A stretch of 64,000 nt of DNA from an uncultured Anaerolineales bacterium. GTDB lineage: Bacteria; Chloroflexota; Anaerolineae; Epilineales; Epilineaceae. Of the stretch, positions 60,708-64,000 are shown one piece after another. Under the pieces are notes generated by a model. That model did not search any database. It saw only the letters and a program-made list of their open reading frames with translations, and was not told the origin of the DNA. Location of the stretch: contig CAZYVI010000002.1 in the NCBI GenBank assembly GCA_964651245.1, positions 78,484 through 142,483 on the forward strand, written 5' to 3'. Position 1 is the first letter of the stretch. Every line of letters begins with the position of its first letter. A program made the translations under genes and the position numbers.

Positions 60708-62894
60708 ATGCGAAGATTCGCCCGCCGCGCCCCGCGCACCCTCGTCGCGGCGACGATCGCCGTCGCCGCCGCGATCGGCGGCCTGCTCGTGTTCGCGGGC
60801 GCGCGCAGCGGCGGCATCGTCTTCCTGCCGTTCCTCCTCAAGGACGCCGACGTTCCCTCCGACCCGGCCGATCCGGCGGCCACAGCAACGGCGGCGGGCG
60901 AGGCGACGCCGGCGGCCGACGGCAGCCCGACGCCCGCGGCGGCTGGCGCGACGCCGACGACCGGGTCGCCGGCACCGGATCGCTTCGCCGGCCGCTGGAC
61001 CTACCTCACCCACACCGACGGCGTCGGCGCCGTGGCCGTCGACGCCGCGGCCGGTCGCGTCTGGGCCGTCGGCTGGGGCGGGGGCATGGCGTGGGACGTG
61101 GCGGCCGGCACGGCGCGGGTCTACACGCGCGCCGACGGGCTGCCGTCGCTCCAACTCTCGGCCGTCGCGGTGGCGGCGGACGGCACGCCGTGGGTGGGGA
61201 TGCGCGGGGCCGGGGCGGCGTGGCTCGGCCCGGACGACCGCTGGCAGGCCGTCTCGTTCGGCGACGGCCATTGGGACGACGACGTCGTCTCGATCCTGGC
61301 CGACCCCGACGGCAGCGTCTGGTTCGGCACCGGCGCCGGGGCCAGCCGGCGGTGGCCGGACGGCCGGCTGGCGCACTACGGCCGCGACGACGGCCAGGTG
61401 GCGGGCACGGTGACCGCGATGGCGATCGACGCCGCCGGGAACCGCTGGTTCGGGACCTACTACGGCGGCCTGTCGGTGCTGCGCGCCGACGGGCGCTGGG
61501 AGACCTTCAAGGCCGGCGGCGGCGCGACGCTGTCCTACGACCTGGTGGTCGACGTCGCCGCGGCGCCCGACGGGTCGGTCTGGGTCCTGTCGGCCGGGCC
61601 GCAGGACCCGAGCGCGGGGCCGGCGTTCGCGTCGGCGCTCGACATGATCCACCCCGACGGGACGTGGACGGCGCGCGACCTGGGCGGCCGCGGCGGCGAC
61701 GACGAGCTGCTGCGCGCGGTGGCGTTCGACGGCGCGGGCCGGGCCTGGCTGGCGTCGGACCGCGGGCTGCTCGAGCCCGACGGCGCCGGCGGCTGGCGGC
61801 CGGCGGCGGGGGAGGGGACGCCGGCGGGCGGCGTCGGCGCGTTGGTGTTCGACGCGGCGGGCTGGCTCTGGGCCGCCACCCGCGCTGGCCTGGCGGCGCG
61901 CCAGCCCGACGGGACGTGGCGGGCGTACCGCACCGGCGGGCTGCCGGCGTCGATGGTGAACGCCATCGCGGTCGAGGCCGACGGGACGGCGTGGCTCGGG
62001 ACGGGCGGCGGCGGGCTGGCGCGCCGGTCGCCGGACGGGACGATGCGGATCTTCACGACGGCCGACGGCCTGCTCGGCAACGCCGTCCTCCGGGCGGCCG
62101 CCGACCCGACGGGCGGGGTGTGGTTCGCGACGGGCGGCACCACCGACAGCGAGGACGACGGCGGCATCCACCACCTGGCGCCCGACGGCCGCCTGGCGAC
62201 CTTCGGACGTGCCGACGGGCTGCCGTCGAGCGCCGTGCGGGCGATCGCCGTCGACGGGGCGGGGACGGCGTGGTTCGCCACCGTGACGTACTACGACGCG
62301 CCCGGGCAGCGTCGCGACGGCGGCCTGGCCCGCCGGGACGCCGACGGCCAATGGACGACCTACGCTCAGGACGACGGCCTGCCGCGCGGCGGCGACCTGA
62401 GGGCCATCGCGCTCGCCCCGGACGGCGGGGTGTGGGTGGGCAGCGACGTGAACGCCGGCGACCCGGCGGCTCCGAACGACAGCCTGGCCTACCGCTTCCC
62501 GGACGGCACCTGGGAACGCATCCCGCTGCCGGCCGAACCGGAGTCCGACGACATCTACGCCCTGGCGCTCGACGGCGACGGCAACCTCTGGCTGGGCAGC
62601 TGGGGCGGCGTGTTCCGCCGCGCGCCGGGCGGCGCCTGGACCACGCCGCGCGACGACCCAGCGCTGGCCTTCCAGGCCTCGGTCATCGCCCGTGACCCCG
62701 CCGGCGCGCTGTGGTTCAGCGCGGCACCCGGCGCCGTCCGCGTCCGCCACCCCGACGGACGCTGGGACACGATCACCGAAGCCGACGGCCTGGCGCCCGC
62801 GACGATCGAGGCGATCGCGTTCGGGCCGGACGGCAGCGTCTGGTTCGCGGGGCGCGAGGGGGGCGTGGGGGTGCTGGGCGGGGGGTGGCGGTGA
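60708..62894 (+). CDS. secreted or membrane-anchored Reg_prop-repeat protein, paralog of 51149..54187
   Basis: GGAGG 7 nt upstream. N-terminal anchor MRRFARRAPRTLVAATIAVAAAIGGLLVFAGA. A Pro/Thr/Ala linker, then about 14 Reg_prop-like repeats (VWAVGWGGGMAW, PWVGMRGAGAAW, VWFGTGAGAS, RWFGTYYGGLS and similar). Confidence 0.7.
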   Translation: MRRFARRAPRTLVAATIAVAAAIGGLLVFAGARSGGIVFLPFLLKDADVPSDPADPAATATAAGEATPAADGSPTPAAAGATPTTGSPAPDRFAGRWTYLTHTDGVGAVAVDAAAGRVWAVGWGGGMAWDVAAGTARVYTRADGLPSLQLSAVAVAADGTPWVGMRGAGAAWLGPDDRWQAVSFGDGHWDDDVVSILADPDGSVWFGTGAGASRRWPDGRLAHYGRDDGQVAGTVTAMAIDAAGNRWFGTYYGGLSVLRADGRWETFKAGGGATLSYDLVVDVAAAPDGSVWVLSAGPQDPSAGPAFASALDMIHPDGTWTARDLGGRGGDDELLRAVAFDGAGRAWLASDRGLLEPDGAGGWRPAAGEGTPAGGVGALVFDAAGWLWAATRAGLAARQPDGTWRAYRTGGLPASMVNAIAVEADGTAWLGTGGGGLARRSPDGTMRIFTTADGLLGNAVLRAAADPTGGVWFATGGTTDSEDDGGIHHLAPDGRLATFGRADGLPSSAVRAIAVDGAGTAWFATVTYYDAPGQRRDGGLARRDADGQWTTYAQDDGLPRGGDLRAIALAPDGGVWVGSDVNAGDPAAPNDSLAYRFPDGTWERIPLPAEPESDDIYALALDGDGNLWLGSWGGVFRRAPGGAWTTPRDDPALAFQASVIARDPAGALWFSAAPGAVRVRHPDGRWDTITEADGLAPATIEAIAFGPDGSVWFAGREGGVGVLGGGWR

Positions 62895-62895
62895 G

Positions 62896-62944
62896 GCGGG
62901 CGGCTGGGTCGACGGCGCGAGGGGTTCCGTCGGAACCGCCCGCC
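62896..62944 (+). terminator. nested GC-rich hairpin directly after the Reg_prop gene stop (no U-tract)
   Basis: Outer arms GGCGGGCGG / CCGCCCGCC and inner arms GGTTCC-GTC-GGAACC. Confidence 0.35.
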
Positions 62945-62958
62945 TGTCGCGACCCCCT

Positions 62959-63768
62959 GTGCCCGTGCTCCTGACCACCCCCCGCACCCGCCTCGCCGCC
63001 GCCGCCTTCGTCGCCCGGCACGGCGACGTCTTCGCCGTGTTCGACGCCGCCACCCAGGACTCGGGCAACGTCTCGTACGGCGTCCGGGCGGGCGGCGAGC
63101 GCTTCTTCGTCAAGACGGCCGGCGATCCCGACGACCCGCGGCCGTTCCTCGCGCACGACGGTCGCGTCGCCCTGCTGCGCAACGGCGTCCGCCTCGCCTG
63201 CTCGACGGCGCACCGGGCGCTGCCGCCGCTGCGCCACGTCGTCGAGGCGGCCGACGGCCCGATCGTGGTCTACGACTGGGTCGACGGCGACCTCATCGGC
63301 ACCCCGCGCGACCGCCGCGACGACCCCGCGTCGGCCTACGCCCGCTTTCGCGCCCTGGGCGGGGCCGAGGCCGTGGCCGCGCTCGACGACGTCTTCGACC
63401 TACACGTCGCGCTCGCCCGCCGCGGTTGGATCGCCTCCGATCTCTACGACGGCAGCCTGATCTACGACTTCGACACCCGCCGGATCCACATCGTCGACCT
63501 CGACCACTACCGCGACGGGCCGTTCACGAACGACATGGGCCGCCTGTTCGGTTCGACGCGTTTCATGGCCCCCGAGGAGCATGCGCTGGGCGCGCGCATC
63601 GATGAACGCACGACGGTCTTCACGCTGGGCCGCCTGATCCAGCAACTGCTGCCGTCCGCCGCCCCCGCCGTAGCCGCCGTGGCCGCCCGGGCGTGCGCGC
63701 CGGCGCCCGAGCAGCGGTACGCGGCGGTGGCGGCGTTCTACGCGGCGTGGGTGGGGGCGGCGCGGTGA
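62959..63768 (+). CDS. atypical eukaryotic-like protein kinase-fold protein (possible pseudokinase)
   Basis: VAIK-like FFVKT, catalytic-loop-like IVDLDHYRD, DMG in place of DFG, and a clear APE motif (STRFMAPEE). No GxGxxG loop. GTG start at 62959 or 62965. Confidence 0.45.
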   Translation: MPVLLTTPRTRLAAAAFVARHGDVFAVFDAATQDSGNVSYGVRAGGERFFVKTAGDPDDPRPFLAHDGRVALLRNGVRLACSTAHRALPPLRHVVEAADGPIVVYDWVDGDLIGTPRDRRDDPASAYARFRALGGAEAVAALDDVFDLHVALARRGWIASDLYDGSLIYDFDTRRIHIVDLDHYRDGPFTNDMGRLFGSTRFMAPEEHALGARIDERTTVFTLGRLIQQLLPSAAPAVAAVAARACAPAPEQRYAAVAAFYAAWVGAAR

Positions 63769-63789
63769 CCGTGCTACCGTCCGCGCAAC

Positions 63790-64000
63790 ATGGACACCCT
63801 CACCTTCAGGAAGGCCGTCACGGTGGACGAGTCTGCGCTCCTGGAGCGTGTCCTGCGCCGCTTGGACGAGGCCGGCGTCCGGTTCTGCGTCATCGGCGGC
63901 CAGGCGGTCAACGCCTATTCCGACGCGCCCTACCCCGCCACCCCCCGCCCGCCACGCCCGGCCAAGGTCCCGACGCCCCACCACCACGGTCGCCAGCGCC
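63790..64000 (+). CDS. 5' part of a hypothetical protein that runs off the window end
   Basis: ATG at 63790 gives MDTLTFRKAVTVDESALLERVLRRLDEAGVRFCVIGGQAVNAY, then a Pro-rich stretch. Partial. Confidence 0.3.
   Translation, partial: MDTLTFRKAVTVDESALLERVLRRLDEAGVRFCVIGGQAVNAYSDAPYPATPRPPRPAKVPTPHHHGRQR

Noticed and set aside
63400-63987. 195-aa reverse-strand ORF near the window end
   Set aside because: It is antisense to the kinase-like gene and the downstream ATG-initiated ORF, with Arg/Gly-rich composition and no motifs.

Overview
This is a very high-GC bacterial chromosomal window, about 70% GC or more by eye. GC-rich third codon positions give long overlapping Arg/Gly/Ala-rich antisense ORFs, so I called genes only where the protein has recognisable motifs, a signal peptide, or a consistent domain order. 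The window is gene dense (about 39 CDS plus one tRNA-Leu) and mixes housekeeping genes with an unusually large set of very big secreted, repeat-rich proteins.

Housekeeping genes: carB, tpiA, rnj (RNase J), ribA, nth, lepB, hrcA, and a pepN-like M1 peptidase followed by an M24 peptidase.

Secreted and repeat-rich proteins:
- Two paralogous secreted proteins with tandem vWA domains; the first also has NHL repeats and sits next to a histidine kinase / OmpR-type response regulator pair.
- Two FG-GAP/ASPIC-UnbV (CRTAC1-family) proteins followed by a polytopic membrane protein, in apparent operon arrangement.
- A cyanophycinase (S51) translationally coupled to a Cys-pair-decorated multi-blade beta-propeller, with a second propeller-like paralog downstream.
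- A protein of about 1160 aa combining a YVTN propeller with di-heme CxxCH motifs.
- A 1420-aa protein with a Tat-like signal, two DUF1566 domains and a PEP-utilising (PPDK_N-like) ATP-grasp domain.
- Two stand-alone proteins built from two-component-regulator propeller (Reg_prop) repeats.
- A 1271-aa secreted protein with two tandem M1 peptidase units, of which the N-terminal one has lost its HExxH motif.

Other features: a REP-like palindrome (GGGCACCC-N-GGGTGCCC) present in three copies, a strong sigma70-like promoter with a ~260-nt 5'UTR upstream of a glycine-rich RRM RNA-binding protein gene, several candidate leaderless promoters, and short in-frame tandem coding repeats. I found no CRISPR array, IS element, prophage or rRNA.

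The most likely candidates for undescribed biology are the ASPIC/UnbV-UnbU-like cassette, the cyanophycinase-propeller operon, and the DUF1566-ATP-grasp fusion. All coordinates derived by hand counting may be off by 1-2 nt.
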